64,000 bases of DNA from an uncultured virus (IMG/VR IMGVR_UViG_3300032300_000143) (Duplodnaviria > Heunggongvirae > Uroviricota > Caudoviricetes), in IMG/VR virus record IMGVR_UViG_3300032300_000143. The stretch is one strand, 5' to 3'. Within the stretch, counting starts at the first letter, position 1. Every line of letters begins with the position of its first letter. The position numbers and the translations under genes are program-made. Below the pieces are notes generated by a model. It was not told the DNA's origin and made no database searches. It saw only the letters and a program-made list of their open reading frames with translations. Below, piece after piece: positions 40,712 to 50,600 of the stretch.

Positions 40712-41565
40712 AAAGAGGAATATTAATATTTGCTCATAATAGTAGAGACGTTGATTATGCTTTAATGTCTTTGGTATCTGCAAAGTTTGCAAAAGCAAAT
40801 TTACAAGTCCCAGTATCTTTAGTAGTTGACAAATTTACTGTGGAATGGATGCAGACATCCAACATCTATGATCTTTCTCAAGAAATTTTTGATAAAATTA
40901 TAGAAATTGAAAAACCTGTTACTCAAAATATTCGTGTACTCACCGATGGATATACTTCAAAAACAGTTCCTTTTATAAATTCAAATAGGGCTTCAGTTTG
41001 GGATCTTACCCCATATGACCGAACACTATTAATAGATAGTGATTTTTTAATAATGTCTAATAGACTCGACGAGTATTGGGAAGTTAATTCAAGTGTAATG
41101 TTATCTTCATCTATGCAAGATGTTAGGGGAGATAGAAAAGGTATTTTGGATTCTTGGGTTTCTGAAGTTGGAATTCCGTTATATTGGGCAACCACAGTGA
41201 TGTTTACTAAAAACAATGAATCTAAAGTATTTTTTGATCTAGTAGATGTTATTCGCACAAATTATAATTATTTTGCAGATTTATTTAGATTTAATCCTAA
41301 ACAATACAGAAACGACATTGCTTTTAGCATAGCAAAACATATGCTAAATGGGTTTGAAAATAGAGGAGAAGATCTTCCTCCAATATTAACATTATTAGGT
41401 AACGACCTAATTCATTCTATTGACGAAAATCAATTGCGTGTTTATCTAAATGATAATCTGTCTGAAGACCACGTGGTCATTGCATCCATTAAAGACTTAG
41501 ATGTCCATGTAATGAATAAACAAAGCATAATTAGAAATGCAAAAGAATTTTTGGAGATACTATGA
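40708..41565 (+). CDS. GT-A fold glycosyltransferase (GT8-like)
   Basis: RGILIFA, WDLTPYDRTLLIDSDFL (DxD), RNDIAFSIA. Confidence 0.7.
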   Translation: MKRGILIFAHNSRDVDYALMSLVSAKFAKANLQVPVSLVVDKFTVEWMQTSNIYDLSQEIFDKIIEIEKPVTQNIRVLTDGYTSKTVPFINSNRASVWDLTPYDRTLLIDSDFLIMSNRLDEYWEVNSSVMLSSSMQDVRGDRKGILDSWVSEVGIPLYWATTVMFTKNNESKVFFDLVDVIRTNYNYFADLFRFNPKQYRNDIAFSIAKHMLNGFENRGEDLPPILTLLGNDLIHSIDENQLRVYLNDNLSEDHVVIASIKDLDVHVMNKQSIIRNAKEFLEIL

Positions 41566-42401
41566 CTTTTGGATATCTCATTGTAATTTCTAAAAACGAT
41601 TCTGTTGACTATTTGAAATTGGCCTATGCTCTAGCACTAAGCATTAAAAATACTCAACGAGAAGGATTTGATAACGTAGCATTAGTAACTGATAATATTG
41701 AGGACGTTAAAAAACTAAAAAGTTCTTGGGTATTTAATGAAATTATTGAATGGAATCAAGAAACTTTTTGGGACGGTCGAAGTTGGATGGATAAATTAAG
41801 CCCCTGGGATAATACTATATGCTTAGATGCAGACATGTTGTTTTTTAGAGACTACAGTCATTGGGCTGAATACTTTATTGAAAACTCTGAATTATATATT
41901 CCTAATAAGTCATATACCTATCGCGGAGAGCTTGTAAAAGATTCTTATTATAGAAAAACATTTGAACATAATAATCTTCCTAATTTATATTCTTTTTACA
42001 CATTTTTTAAAAAAGATTCTAAACTAGCTGAAGAATTCTTTTCACTAGGTAGATATATTTTAAAAAATCCTAACGAATTTAAAAATTTATTTCTAGAAAA
42101 TTATCCTCCAAAAGTTGTAGGTACAGACGAAGCATTTTCTCTAGCTGCAAAAATTTTGGACATTCAAGACGATATAAGTTATAATTTAGAATTTCCCAAA
42201 GTAGTTCATTTAAAACCAATGATACAAAATTGGCCTTGGCCTGCTGATAAAGTTTCTGATCATGTTGGATTTTATTTTGACCTTCAAGGCAAATTAAAAA
42301 TTGGAAATTATCAGCAACAGGATATTGTTCATTATAACGAAAAAAATTATGTAACCGACGAAATCATCGGAATTTTAGAGGAAATATTATGGAAGAAATA
42401 A
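41562..42401 (+). CDS. GT-A fold glycosyltransferase (GT8-like), paralog
   Basis: YLKLAYALALSIK, LSPWDNTICLDADML (DxD), GTDEAFSLA, VHLKP. Confidence 0.7.
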   Translation: MTFGYLIVISKNDSVDYLKLAYALALSIKNTQREGFDNVALVTDNIEDVKKLKSSWVFNEIIEWNQETFWDGRSWMDKLSPWDNTICLDADMLFFRDYSHWAEYFIENSELYIPNKSYTYRGELVKDSYYRKTFEHNNLPNLYSFYTFFKKDSKLAEEFFSLGRYILKNPNEFKNLFLENYPPKVVGTDEAFSLAAKILDIQDDISYNLEFPKVVHLKPMIQNWPWPADKVSDHVGFYFDLQGKLKIGNYQQQDIVHYNEKNYVTDEIIGILEEILWKK

Positions 42402-42979
42402 TTGATTTTGACAGTTGGTTACAGCAATATATTGCACCACAGGTAGAATACTGGGCAATTTTTGAACCTACTACCGGTGAAGTTACTGGAATTTATCCCG
42501 ACCTAGCCGCTAATGATAAACAATATAAAATAAAAATTGATAGAGATCTAGCAGAAGATATACATAATGGAATAGTTCAAATGAATTCTTGTTTTGTAGA
42601 CATGGATTCTGAAACAGTCGAAATTGTTACTAGGCAAAGTCTTACCAAAATTGACGATGTACTACATAGAGTAATTGATAAAAAATATGTACCTGATCAA
42701 AAAAATGATATTATTATTCAATATAATGAATTAGAAAATAAAATAATTTTTGTTTTACACAGTTTAAGTAAAAGTAGAAAAATTCAATGGGCCGGAAGTA
42801 CTGAAATGCAGTTTTTTATTACCGCTTACAACGATCCGCACAATCTTTATCAAACAATAGTTTTTCAACTAACAGATCTAGAACAAAGTTCTAAAGAATT
42901 TATCTATACAGATTCCCACAAACCATTTAGTATTTTTACAAGAAGAATATTAAAAAATTACGTTTTTGAAAAAATATGA
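42389..42979 (+). CDS. Hypothetical protein
   Basis: ORF overlapping both neighbours in the operon. Confidence 0.65.
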   Translation: MEEIIDFDSWLQQYIAPQVEYWAIFEPTTGEVTGIYPDLAANDKQYKIKIDRDLAEDIHNGIVQMNSCFVDMDSETVEIVTRQSLTKIDDVLHRVIDKKYVPDQKNDIIIQYNELENKIIFVLHSLSKSRKIQWAGSTEMQFFITAYNDPHNLYQTIVFQLTDLEQSSKEFIYTDSHKPFSIFTRRILKNYVFEKI

Positions 42980-43851
42980 AAACTGTAGAACTAGACATTG
43001 TATTTTTAAGCTATGATGAACCAAATGCAGATCTGCATTATGCAGACTTATGCAATAAAGTTCCTTGGGCTAAAAGAGTACACGGAATAAAGGGCAGTGA
43101 TGCCGCACACAAAGCCGCAGCAGAACTAAGTGAAACCGAATGGGTAATTACAGTTGATGCTGATAATATAGTAGATGTTAATTTTTTTAACTTAGATGTT
43201 AAAGAAGATCCTGCAATTGAAGTATATAGTTGGACTGCAAAAAATCGTATTAACGGATTATTGTATGGCAACGGCGGTCTAAAAATGTGGAAAAAAGACT
43301 TTATTTTAAATATGAAAAGTCACGAAGCTAGTGATAGTGATAGAGCCCAAGTGGATTTTTGTTGGGAATTGGGATATCAACAATTCAAAGATTGCTACAG
43401 TGAAACAGTAATCACAGGTAGTCCATTCCAAGCATGGAGAGCAGGATTCCGCGAAGGTGTTAAAATGACATTGCATGACGGAGTTCGAGTGCCCCCTCAA
43501 GACATTAAAGAACGAGTGTGGTGGCATAATTTACATAGGCTGCGTATGTGGTCAACTGTAGGTATGCACGAAGAAAACGGAGCATATGCAATCCTTGGCG
43601 CACGTATGGGAACATGGATGACCAACTGTACAGACTGGAATTATGTTGACGTAAGAGATTTTGAAATTTTAAAAAATATTTACGAACAAGATGTTAATCA
43701 TGGATCAATAGAAGATGACATAAAAGACTTAGGAATAAAAATTAAACATTCTTTAGGATTTGATTATCCATACTTTGATGCACAACACAGTAAGTATATG
43801 TTAGACATGTATACCGAATCTTTCCGTTTGTTTAAAACATATCATAGGTAA
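42976..43851 (+). CDS. GT-A fold glycosyltransferase-like protein (GT2-like)
   Basis: IVFLSYDEPNAD, RVHGIKG..AH, TVDADN (DxD), YGNGGLK, AWRAGFREGVK. Confidence 0.65.
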   Translation: MKTVELDIVFLSYDEPNADLHYADLCNKVPWAKRVHGIKGSDAAHKAAAELSETEWVITVDADNIVDVNFFNLDVKEDPAIEVYSWTAKNRINGLLYGNGGLKMWKKDFILNMKSHEASDSDRAQVDFCWELGYQQFKDCYSETVITGSPFQAWRAGFREGVKMTLHDGVRVPPQDIKERVWWHNLHRLRMWSTVGMHEENGAYAILGARMGTWMTNCTDWNYVDVRDFEILKNIYEQDVNHGSIEDDIKDLGIKIKHSLGFDYPYFDAQHSKYMLDMYTESFRLFKTYHR

Positions 43852-43855
43852 TATA

Positions 43856-44551
43856 GTGTTTGAAATATTTTTTATCAGTTATCAAGAACCCAATGCAGAC
43901 GAAAATTGGGCTAAATTAAAATCTAGATTTCCTATAGCTCAAAGAATTCATGGAGTTAAAGGAATTCACCAAGCTCATATAGCAGCAGCAAAACACTCAC
44001 TCACAAAAATGTTTTATGTTGTTGATGGAGACTCGGTAATTGCAGATGATTTTAATTTTAACTATGAAGTAAACAAATTAGAAAAAGAACATGTGCATGT
44101 ATGGTTTAGTCAAAATCCTGTTAATGGATTAGTCTACGGTTATGGCGGCGTAAAACTATTACCTAAGTTAGAAACAATTAATATGGACGTTACCTGTCCC
44201 GACATGACTACTAGTATATCTAAACACTTTAAAGCAATGCCGACGATATCTAATGTCACTGTATTTAACACTGATCCGTTTAATACTTGGAAGTCCGCAT
44301 TTCGAGAATGTGTTAAATTATCTAGTAGAACAATCGATAGACAACAAGATTCCGAAACCGATGAACGATTGAAAATATGGTGCTCTGTGGGGAATGATAA
44401 ACCATTTGGCGAATTTGCAATATTGGGAGCGTTAGCTGGTAGAAAATTTGGTTCAGATAATCGAAATATTTTAAAAGAACTTAAAAAAATTAACGATTTT
44501 GAATGGTTAAAGGAACAATATGAGCAACGAACAAAAGATATTTGTTCTTAA
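43856..44551 (+). CDS. GT-A fold glycosyltransferase-like protein, paralog
   Basis: IFFISYQEPNAD, RIHGVKGIHQAH, VVDGD, YGYGGVK, TWKSAFRECVK; GTG start. Confidence 0.65.
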   Translation: MFEIFFISYQEPNADENWAKLKSRFPIAQRIHGVKGIHQAHIAAAKHSLTKMFYVVDGDSVIADDFNFNYEVNKLEKEHVHVWFSQNPVNGLVYGYGGVKLLPKLETINMDVTCPDMTTSISKHFKAMPTISNVTVFNTDPFNTWKSAFRECVKLSSRTIDRQQDSETDERLKIWCSVGNDKPFGEFAILGALAGRKFGSDNRNILKELKKINDFEWLKEQYEQRTKDICS

Positions 44552-45893
44552 GGATAAAAGAGATAAAATAAATTTAGTTAGTCCTAGTTTCTGTACGGCC
44601 AAATGGTTACAGACTACTCTATACCTACAGAACGGATATAATCATAGTTGTCATCATCCTAGTCCCCATAAAATTCCTGTAGACGAAGTCTTAGCAAATC
44701 CAGCAGCATTACACAACAGTCAACACAAGAAAAAACAAAGAGAAATGATGTTGGCAGGCGAACGTCCTGCCGAATGCGACTATTGCTGGAAGATTGAAGA
44801 TTTAAATACTGAATATTTTTCTGATAGGCATTATAAGACAGCCGACTACTGGGCATGGGACAGAATCAATGAAATTGCAACAGGAGATCCCACAGCTAAC
44901 GTTTTTCCTAGTTATCTAGAAGTTAGCTTTTCCAATGCTTGTAATCTCAAATGCAGTTATTGCAGTCCAGAGATCAGTAGCAAATGGTTGGAAGAAATCA
45001 ACCAATACGGCCCGTATCCTATCGCCGAAAGTAATAATGATGTTAGTCGGTATAAGAGTATTGGTAGATATCCGTATGCACACAATGCCGACAATCCTTA
45101 TGTTGATGCATTTTGGAAATGGTTTCCTGAAGCATTACCTCATTTGCGAGTATTTCGAATTACTGGCGGCGAACCGTTGATGAGTAAAGATACATGGAGG
45201 GTACTAGAATATATTAGAAATAATCCACAGCCTAATTTAGAAATTGCAATAAACACAAACTTGTCAGTTGAAAATAAACTTATTGATCGATTTATTTCTG
45301 AAGTTAATTTAATAAAGCCTTTGGTTAAAAAGATAGACATATATACCAGCCTCGAAAGTATTGAACATCGTGCAGAATATTCTAGGTATGGATTAGATTA
45401 TGCTCGCTGGTCGCATAACATTCGACGTTGTTTATCTGAAACACAGTCAACAGTAGCAATAATGACCACTATTAATATATTAAGTGTATCTAATTTTACA
45501 GAGTTTATTAACATGGTTATGCAACTACGAAAAGATTACAATCCTAGTTGCGAATTTAATAGAGTACCAATTAGCATAAACTATCTCCGATGGCCTGCGC
45601 ATCTTAGTTCTACATTAATACCTTTGGAAATGAGGCAAAAATATGCTAAAGAAATTTTAGAAATTTCTAAAAGTTGGATAAAGTATCATAGTACAGAAAA
45701 ATTTGCTAGACTTTATTTAGAAGAATGGGATCAAATAAAAAGATTTTGTGATTATTTTATTACAGAATCTAGCGATTTAGAAAAAAGAAAAGATTTTGTC
45801 AAGTTTATTAACGAATATGATTGTAGGAGATCTACAAATTTTTCAACTACCTTTCCTGAATACGCAGAATTTTTAAAGGAATGGAATGCCTAA
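44520..45893 (+). CDS. Radical SAM enzyme with N-terminal SPASM/Twitch-like Cys motif
   Basis: CNLKCSYC, ITGGEP, INTN; N-terminal FCTAKW..SCHHP..ECDYCW. Confidence 0.9.
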   Translation: MSNEQKIFVLKDKRDKINLVSPSFCTAKWLQTTLYLQNGYNHSCHHPSPHKIPVDEVLANPAALHNSQHKKKQREMMLAGERPAECDYCWKIEDLNTEYFSDRHYKTADYWAWDRINEIATGDPTANVFPSYLEVSFSNACNLKCSYCSPEISSKWLEEINQYGPYPIAESNNDVSRYKSIGRYPYAHNADNPYVDAFWKWFPEALPHLRVFRITGGEPLMSKDTWRVLEYIRNNPQPNLEIAINTNLSVENKLIDRFISEVNLIKPLVKKIDIYTSLESIEHRAEYSRYGLDYARWSHNIRRCLSETQSTVAIMTTINILSVSNFTEFINMVMQLRKDYNPSCEFNRVPISINYLRWPAHLSSTLIPLEMRQKYAKEILEISKSWIKYHSTEKFARLYLEEWDQIKRFCDYFITESSDLEKRKDFVKFINEYDCRRSTNFSTTFPEYAEFLKEWNA

Positions 45894-47388
45894 GAAGTTA
45901 CACGAAACACTAGTTGATTATCAAAAAAGAGTAATTGATACCAAAAGTAAAAGTTTTTGTGCAGCCAAGTGGTTAAATGCCACAATATGGTTAGGCAGCG
46001 GATCAACAGCTAGTTGTCACCATCCACCCGCTCATAAAATTCCGTTAGAAGAAATTGTCATTGACGTCAGTGCCATCCACAACACTAAGCATAAGAAACT
46101 CATGCGTAAAATGATGTTAGAAGGCGAACGTCCTGCCGAATGTGAATATTGTTGGAAAATTGAAGATATTGGAAATGATAATGTCTCCGATAGAGTGTTT
46201 AAAACAATCATTTACGAGGATAGTGATATACAACAGATTTCTCAATTGCCTTGGGACTCCAATGTTAATCTTAAGACATTAGAAATTAGTTTTGATCGTG
46301 TGTGTAATCTTGCGTGTTCGTATTGTAATGCAAGTTTTTCTACTACCTGGGCTAAAGACATCAAGAACAATGGACCTTATCAAAATTTAATCAGCGACGG
46401 AAGCGGAGCATTTAAACAAGATGGATCTTGGGTAGAGCCTTATAAAACTAATGAGGAAAACCCGTATGTTCAAGCATTTTGGAAATGGTGGGAAAACGGT
46501 CTAAGCAAAGATTTGGACGAATTACGCATCACTGGTGGCGAGCCTTTAATGAGCGGTGACACTTGGAAACTTTTAGATTGGTTTGAAGCACAGCAATCTT
46601 CGATGCGATTTGCCCTCAACAGTAATCTTATTGCTAAAAAAGATATCATTGACAAACTTATTGATAAAACTAAAAATATCAAAGACTTTCATTTATATAC
46701 TAGTTGCGAAGCTGTAGGTGCTCAAGCTGAATATATTAGAGATGGATTAGATTATAATCTTTGGAAATCAAATTTAATTAGGATTGGCAAAGAAGGTAAT
46801 CTAAAAGGTTTGCATATTATGATGACTATTAATAGCCTTTGTCTGTTTAGTATTACTGATTTTTTAAATGAAGTCTATGAAATTAAAGAACAGGTTGGCG
46901 TTAAATCACCGCACGTAAGTTTAAATCTTTTAAGATTTCCTAGCTTTCAGAGTCCATTGGCATTGCCTGATCACATTAAGGATTATTGCCGTAAGAATTT
47001 AGAAGATTGGTATACCACCAATAAAAATAAACCGTTATGGACAGAATTTGAAAAAGCTAGTATAGAGCGGTTAATTGATTATTTAATTACAGTTGACGCC
47101 CCGCATAGACGTACAAGTAATAGAATTACGTTGTGGAGAGATTTTAAAACATTTTATAACGAGTATGATAGAAGAAGAAATAAATCGTTAACGGTATTTC
47201 CCAAAATTTTAACTGATTGGGTTAACCAACTACCAGACACTGTCGTCGAAGGTAAGACAGTACTTATAAACGGTGACAGTACCAATCAGTATACAAACGA
47301 TATTCAATTAAATGAACTTGCTAAGAAAGAAGGATGGATACTAAATCCTGACAATAAAAACATTCAAGATCCTCTAGCCAAATATTAA
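45886..47388 (+). CDS. Radical SAM enzyme, paralog
   Basis: CNLACSYC, ITGGEP, LNSN; N-terminal FCAAKW..SCHHP..ECEYCW. Confidence 0.9.
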   Translation: MPKKLHETLVDYQKRVIDTKSKSFCAAKWLNATIWLGSGSTASCHHPPAHKIPLEEIVIDVSAIHNTKHKKLMRKMMLEGERPAECEYCWKIEDIGNDNVSDRVFKTIIYEDSDIQQISQLPWDSNVNLKTLEISFDRVCNLACSYCNASFSTTWAKDIKNNGPYQNLISDGSGAFKQDGSWVEPYKTNEENPYVQAFWKWWENGLSKDLDELRITGGEPLMSGDTWKLLDWFEAQQSSMRFALNSNLIAKKDIIDKLIDKTKNIKDFHLYTSCEAVGAQAEYIRDGLDYNLWKSNLIRIGKEGNLKGLHIMMTINSLCLFSITDFLNEVYEIKEQVGVKSPHVSLNLLRFPSFQSPLALPDHIKDYCRKNLEDWYTTNKNKPLWTEFEKASIERLIDYLITVDAPHRRTSNRITLWRDFKTFYNEYDRRRNKSLTVFPKILTDWVNQLPDTVVEGKTVLINGDSTNQYTNDIQLNELAKKEGWILNPDNKNIQDPLAKY

Positions 47389-47396
47389 ATAATATT

Positions 47397-48185
47397 ATGA
47401 TTGATAAATTTAAAAAATTACACATAACTCTTGATAACATCTGTGAGCTGAATCATTTTGTCTATACTCATTCTACAAAAGAACATATGTTAGGAAAAGA
47501 GTATTCGACAGTGACTTTGCATGCTGAAGAACCGGGTGTTATAAACGATCCTTGGAAATATCAAATAAACAAATACGGATATCGAGGCAACAATTGGTCT
47601 TTCAGCAAAGATACTATTGTTTTTTTTGGATGTAGTGTTACGTTTGGAATCGGAGTAGAAAAAGATATAGCAACTGTGGTACAGGAGAATATAAAAACAG
47701 AATGTTACAATATCGGCCAACCTGGCGCATCAGCTATAAACATACTCAAGACGTTTATTAATTTTATTCAATATTGTCCTGTAAAAACAGCAATCATAAC
47801 GCTTCCTACAGTTGACCGAATTCATCGTCCAGAATTTAATAATAATTTTTCATCGTGGACTTATATAAATTTAATTCCTAATTGGATAAACTCGGCTAAC
47901 AAAAAATTACATCATCATGCCTATAGCTTTTTTAGTAATGATGCTTGTTTGGCATATCTATATGATTATATAAAAATGGCCGAACTAACAGCCAAAATAT
48001 TCAATGTTGAAATAATATGGTCTTCGTGGTCTGCAGAGACTTTAGATTTTTTAAATTCAATTGTTCACAATCAAAAAATCATACCAGTGGGAAATTTTAG
48101 TGTTGATAAGGGTAGAGACAATTTACATCCGGGACCTATTTTTGTAAAAAATTGGTCGGATATAATTATCAATAATTTACACTAA
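47397..48185 (+). CDS. SGNH/GDSL-like hydrolase or acyltransferase
   Basis: Block I FFGCSVTFG, block II NIGQPGAS, block V DNLHPG. Confidence 0.7.
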   Translation: MIDKFKKLHITLDNICELNHFVYTHSTKEHMLGKEYSTVTLHAEEPGVINDPWKYQINKYGYRGNNWSFSKDTIVFFGCSVTFGIGVEKDIATVVQENIKTECYNIGQPGASAINILKTFINFIQYCPVKTAIITLPTVDRIHRPEFNNNFSSWTYINLIPNWINSANKKLHHHAYSFFSNDACLAYLYDYIKMAELTAKIFNVEIIWSSWSAETLDFLNSIVHNQKIIPVGNFSVDKGRDNLHPGPIFVKNWSDIIINNLH

Positions 48186-48193
48186 CAAACTGT

Positions 48194-48499
48194 CTAAAGC
48201 AATTTGTTAGTTTTGTCAGTGATGTCTTGTTTTAGACGCTGAATGTCGATAGAAAAATCTACTTTGGTAATATCTTCTCTATATTCTTGAAATGTGTCTA
48301 ACAGTTTTTCAGCAACAATGTCATTAGTCGCATTATCCAGCTGTTCTTGAATATCGATTTCCCATATTCTACCATTGTTAAATTCTAACCGGACGCTTTT
48401 TAAATATGCTACTGGCATAGTATTCATATACATATCTTCAAAAACTTCCGGCCATTCCTTAATCAAATGAATGGGCGGCCTAAATAAATGCTTAGGCAC
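48194..48499 (-). CDS. Hypothetical protein
   Basis: Last gene of the minus-strand block, overlapping the upstream ORF. Confidence 0.65.
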   Translation of the reverse strand: MPKHLFRPPIHLIKEWPEVFEDMYMNTMPVAYLKSVRLEFNNGRIWEIDIQEQLDNATNDIVAEKLLDTFQEYREDITKVDFSIDIQRLKQDITDKTNKLL

Positions 48500-49100
48500 T
48501 TTCGGCTTCTTTGGCCTTTGCCGCTTTCTTTGCTGGAGGATCTAAATCGTCTGCTTGTTTCCGTAGCCTTGCTGCTTCTTTATACATGGCATCTGCTTGA
48601 CTTCTAAAATTACGAGCTATGTCGCGATCAGTAAGCACTTCGTTGGTTGAGGCAGCTGCACTAACAGTTTCTTGAACTGGTGTTGCAGTTTCTTTCTTAG
48701 CAGGAGCACCTTTAGTAAACGTATACAAATCATCTATTGCACAATTTTTTTGTTCTGCAATAAATGAATTTAATTCATGTAATGAAATTTCTGAATTTGG
48801 AGTAGGTGTCATGATAATAGTATCAGTGGCTACTTTTATTAAACGATTATCTGCCTGTAATGCCTGTAACATAGGGCGTCCGTCGGGGAATGGACGAGTG
48901 AAAAGGATTTCTCCAAATTCCCATGCATCCTGTGCAACATCTTGATCCACGAGATCAATAATTGCATTGTGATATTGATCTGGCAACGGAGATGTTTGTA
49001 CAACCAATGCCATATTTGACTCACCAGGCAACGTTCTAAAAACCACAAGAACTTTTGATCCTGTGTTTTTTATCTTACCTACGTGTTTGAGATTTTTCAT
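48492..49100 (-). CDS. Hypothetical protein
   Basis: Start reassigned to MKNLKHVG (AAGGA RBS). Confidence 0.75.
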   Translation of the reverse strand: MKNLKHVGKIKNTGSKVLVVFRTLPGESNMALVVQTSPLPDQYHNAIIDLVDQDVAQDAWEFGEILFTRPFPDGRPMLQALQADNRLIKVATDTIIMTPTPNSEISLHELNSFIAEQKNCAIDDLYTFTKGAPAKKETATPVQETVSAAASTNEVLTDRDIARNFRSQADAMYKEAARLRKQADDLDPPAKKAAKAKEAESA

Positions 49101-49101
49101 A

Positions 49102-49326
49102 TTATTCCTTTTTGGCTGCAACAGATTCTAGAAAGGTATTTAACTTATTGTAAGCCTTACCTACTGCTTCTAATTCTGCAGCTTTAAACGCACCTCGACT
49201 ACTAGCAACTTCTAAAATACTACGCAAGGAAGCTAGATCGCTGAGATTAAGTTCAGCACCGGCAGCACTTGGTGGTTGTTGAGTTTGTTCTTGTTCTGGT
49301 GATGATGTTGTTGCTTCTTGGTCCAT
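49102..49326 (-). CDS. Hypothetical protein
   Basis: Start MDQEA with AGGAG RBS; motif ASSRGAFKAAEL. Confidence 0.75.
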   Translation of the reverse strand: MDQEATTSSPEQEQTQQPPSAAGAELNLSDLASLRSILEVASSRGAFKAAELEAVGKAYNKLNTFLESVAAKKE

Positions 49327-49598
49327 TAGTTTCTCCTTAGATATGGGCATGCTAACATAAAATATGTCAGTTCTTTATGATCTTCAAACCCCGCAAACAT
49401 TGCGGATTTCAATTTGCTATCGTTTTCTATACTTGAAAGTTTTACGACAGCATATCTACCTTTTAATTTGATTCGAATCCAGTTTTCAATTTCGTCTGTA
49501 AAAAAATCTATTTCTTCGAGTTTAATTTTTCCAAAATGTGGAGGCATTACTCGAAGTGATCTTTTCTTTAAAATGTCTAAAGGATTATATTCGATCAT
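49326..49598 (-). CDS. Hypothetical protein
   Basis: Start MIEYNPL just downstream of a TATAAATA motif. Confidence 0.65.
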   Translation of the reverse strand: MIEYNPLDILKKRSLRVMPPHFGKIKLEEIDFFTDEIENWIRIKLKGRYAVVKLSSIENDSKLKSAMFAGFEDHKELTYFMLACPYLRRN

Positions 49599-49606
49599 TG
49601 TAAAAA

Positions 49607-49614
49607 TATTTATA
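49607..49614 (-). promoter_or_regulatory. Late promoter TATAAATA
   Basis: Exact consensus in an intergenic gap. Confidence 0.65.
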
Positions 49615-49631
49615 GATAACAAATAATTTGA

Positions 49632-50024
49632 TCAGGATTCTTGGCTAAGCCTTTGATGCATTGCTTTGGCATAACCCATTTTTCTTACATCTCCTGAAAA
49701 CAAGTACAGTTCAAAGGCAGATTTTTCTCTTAAAACAACAATATGTTTTTTAGTTAAATGATACGGCGATTCGATAAATTGATCTAACCAAACTAGTATT
49801 TGTGGAGTTATACTAATTTCTTTCAGTATTTCAACTTTATATGTTTTGATTTGAGAATAAGTTTCTACAAATTCTAGTCCTTGGTCTGTGAGTCTTAGAC
49901 CGCCACAGTCTTTATCTCTGACATTTTGCCACCAGGTATTACGAAATTTTTTTATGATATTCTCGTCAAAGGGTTGACCAGCAGCTTTGAGGAATACCGA
50001 AGTATAGGTATCCTTTAAATCCAT
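49632..50024 (-). CDS. Hypothetical protein
   Basis: Tightly packed ORF (GLRLTDQG motif). Confidence 0.7.
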   Translation of the reverse strand: MDLKDTYTSVFLKAAGQPFDENIIKKFRNTWWQNVRDKDCGGLRLTDQGLEFVETYSQIKTYKVEILKEISITPQILVWLDQFIESPYHLTKKHIVVLREKSAFELYLFSGDVRKMGYAKAMHQRLSQES

Positions 50025-50309
50025 TTAGTCTACTCGTTCTCCGGCATTTAATTTAAACACTGCAAAGTCTGTGGTCTTAAACAACTTGTTTAGTTTCTTG
50101 GCTAAATTTCTTGCGTGTCCGGGATTACTAAAACTGACTTTTTTGTACTTTGGACCAGGATAACTGGATACCATACTACCACTTTTTAAGTTAAAAGGTT
50201 GATCTTTGTAAAACACAGCCCAAATGGCGTCACTGTTGAGAATTTGCTCAACTTTGTATGTTTCCTTGTCAGTGTATTCGAGAATAACTTTGGGTTTAGG
50301 TCGACTCAT
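50025..50309 (-). CDS. Hypothetical protein
   Basis: MSRPKPKVILE..GPKYKKVSFSNPGHA; preceded by a CATAAATA motif. Confidence 0.75.
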   Translation of the reverse strand: MSRPKPKVILEYTDKETYKVEQILNSDAIWAVFYKDQPFNLKSGSMVSSYPGPKYKKVSFSNPGHARNLAKKLNKLFKTTDFAVFKLNAGERVD

Positions 50310-50348
50310 ATCTATACGTGTTATTATAAAGCACGTATATATTTATGT

Positions 50349-50600
50349 CTAACTAAAGTTGCCACCGTCAAATTTAACATTAATGTTGGTTGTAGATTCG
50401 CGTATTTCTACCAGCATTGCGTGTATTTCCTGAACAGTTTTTCCTAATTTAGCAGTCATTACAGCTAATTCTTGGGTAAGCTCTCTTGCTTCTTGGATAC
50501 TCATACGAATATCTTTTTGTTGACTTCTTTCAGCAACTGCTATGCGCTGAATAAGTCTTTCGACGCCTGGCAAAGTATTTGGAACGTTATTTTGAGACAT
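50349..50600 (-). CDS. Hypothetical coiled-coil protein
   Basis: Packed ORF in the operon. Confidence 0.65.
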   Translation of the reverse strand: MSQNNVPNTLPGVERLIQRIAVAERSQQKDIRMSIQEARELTQELAVMTAKLGKTVQEIHAMLVEIRESTTNINVKFDGGNFS

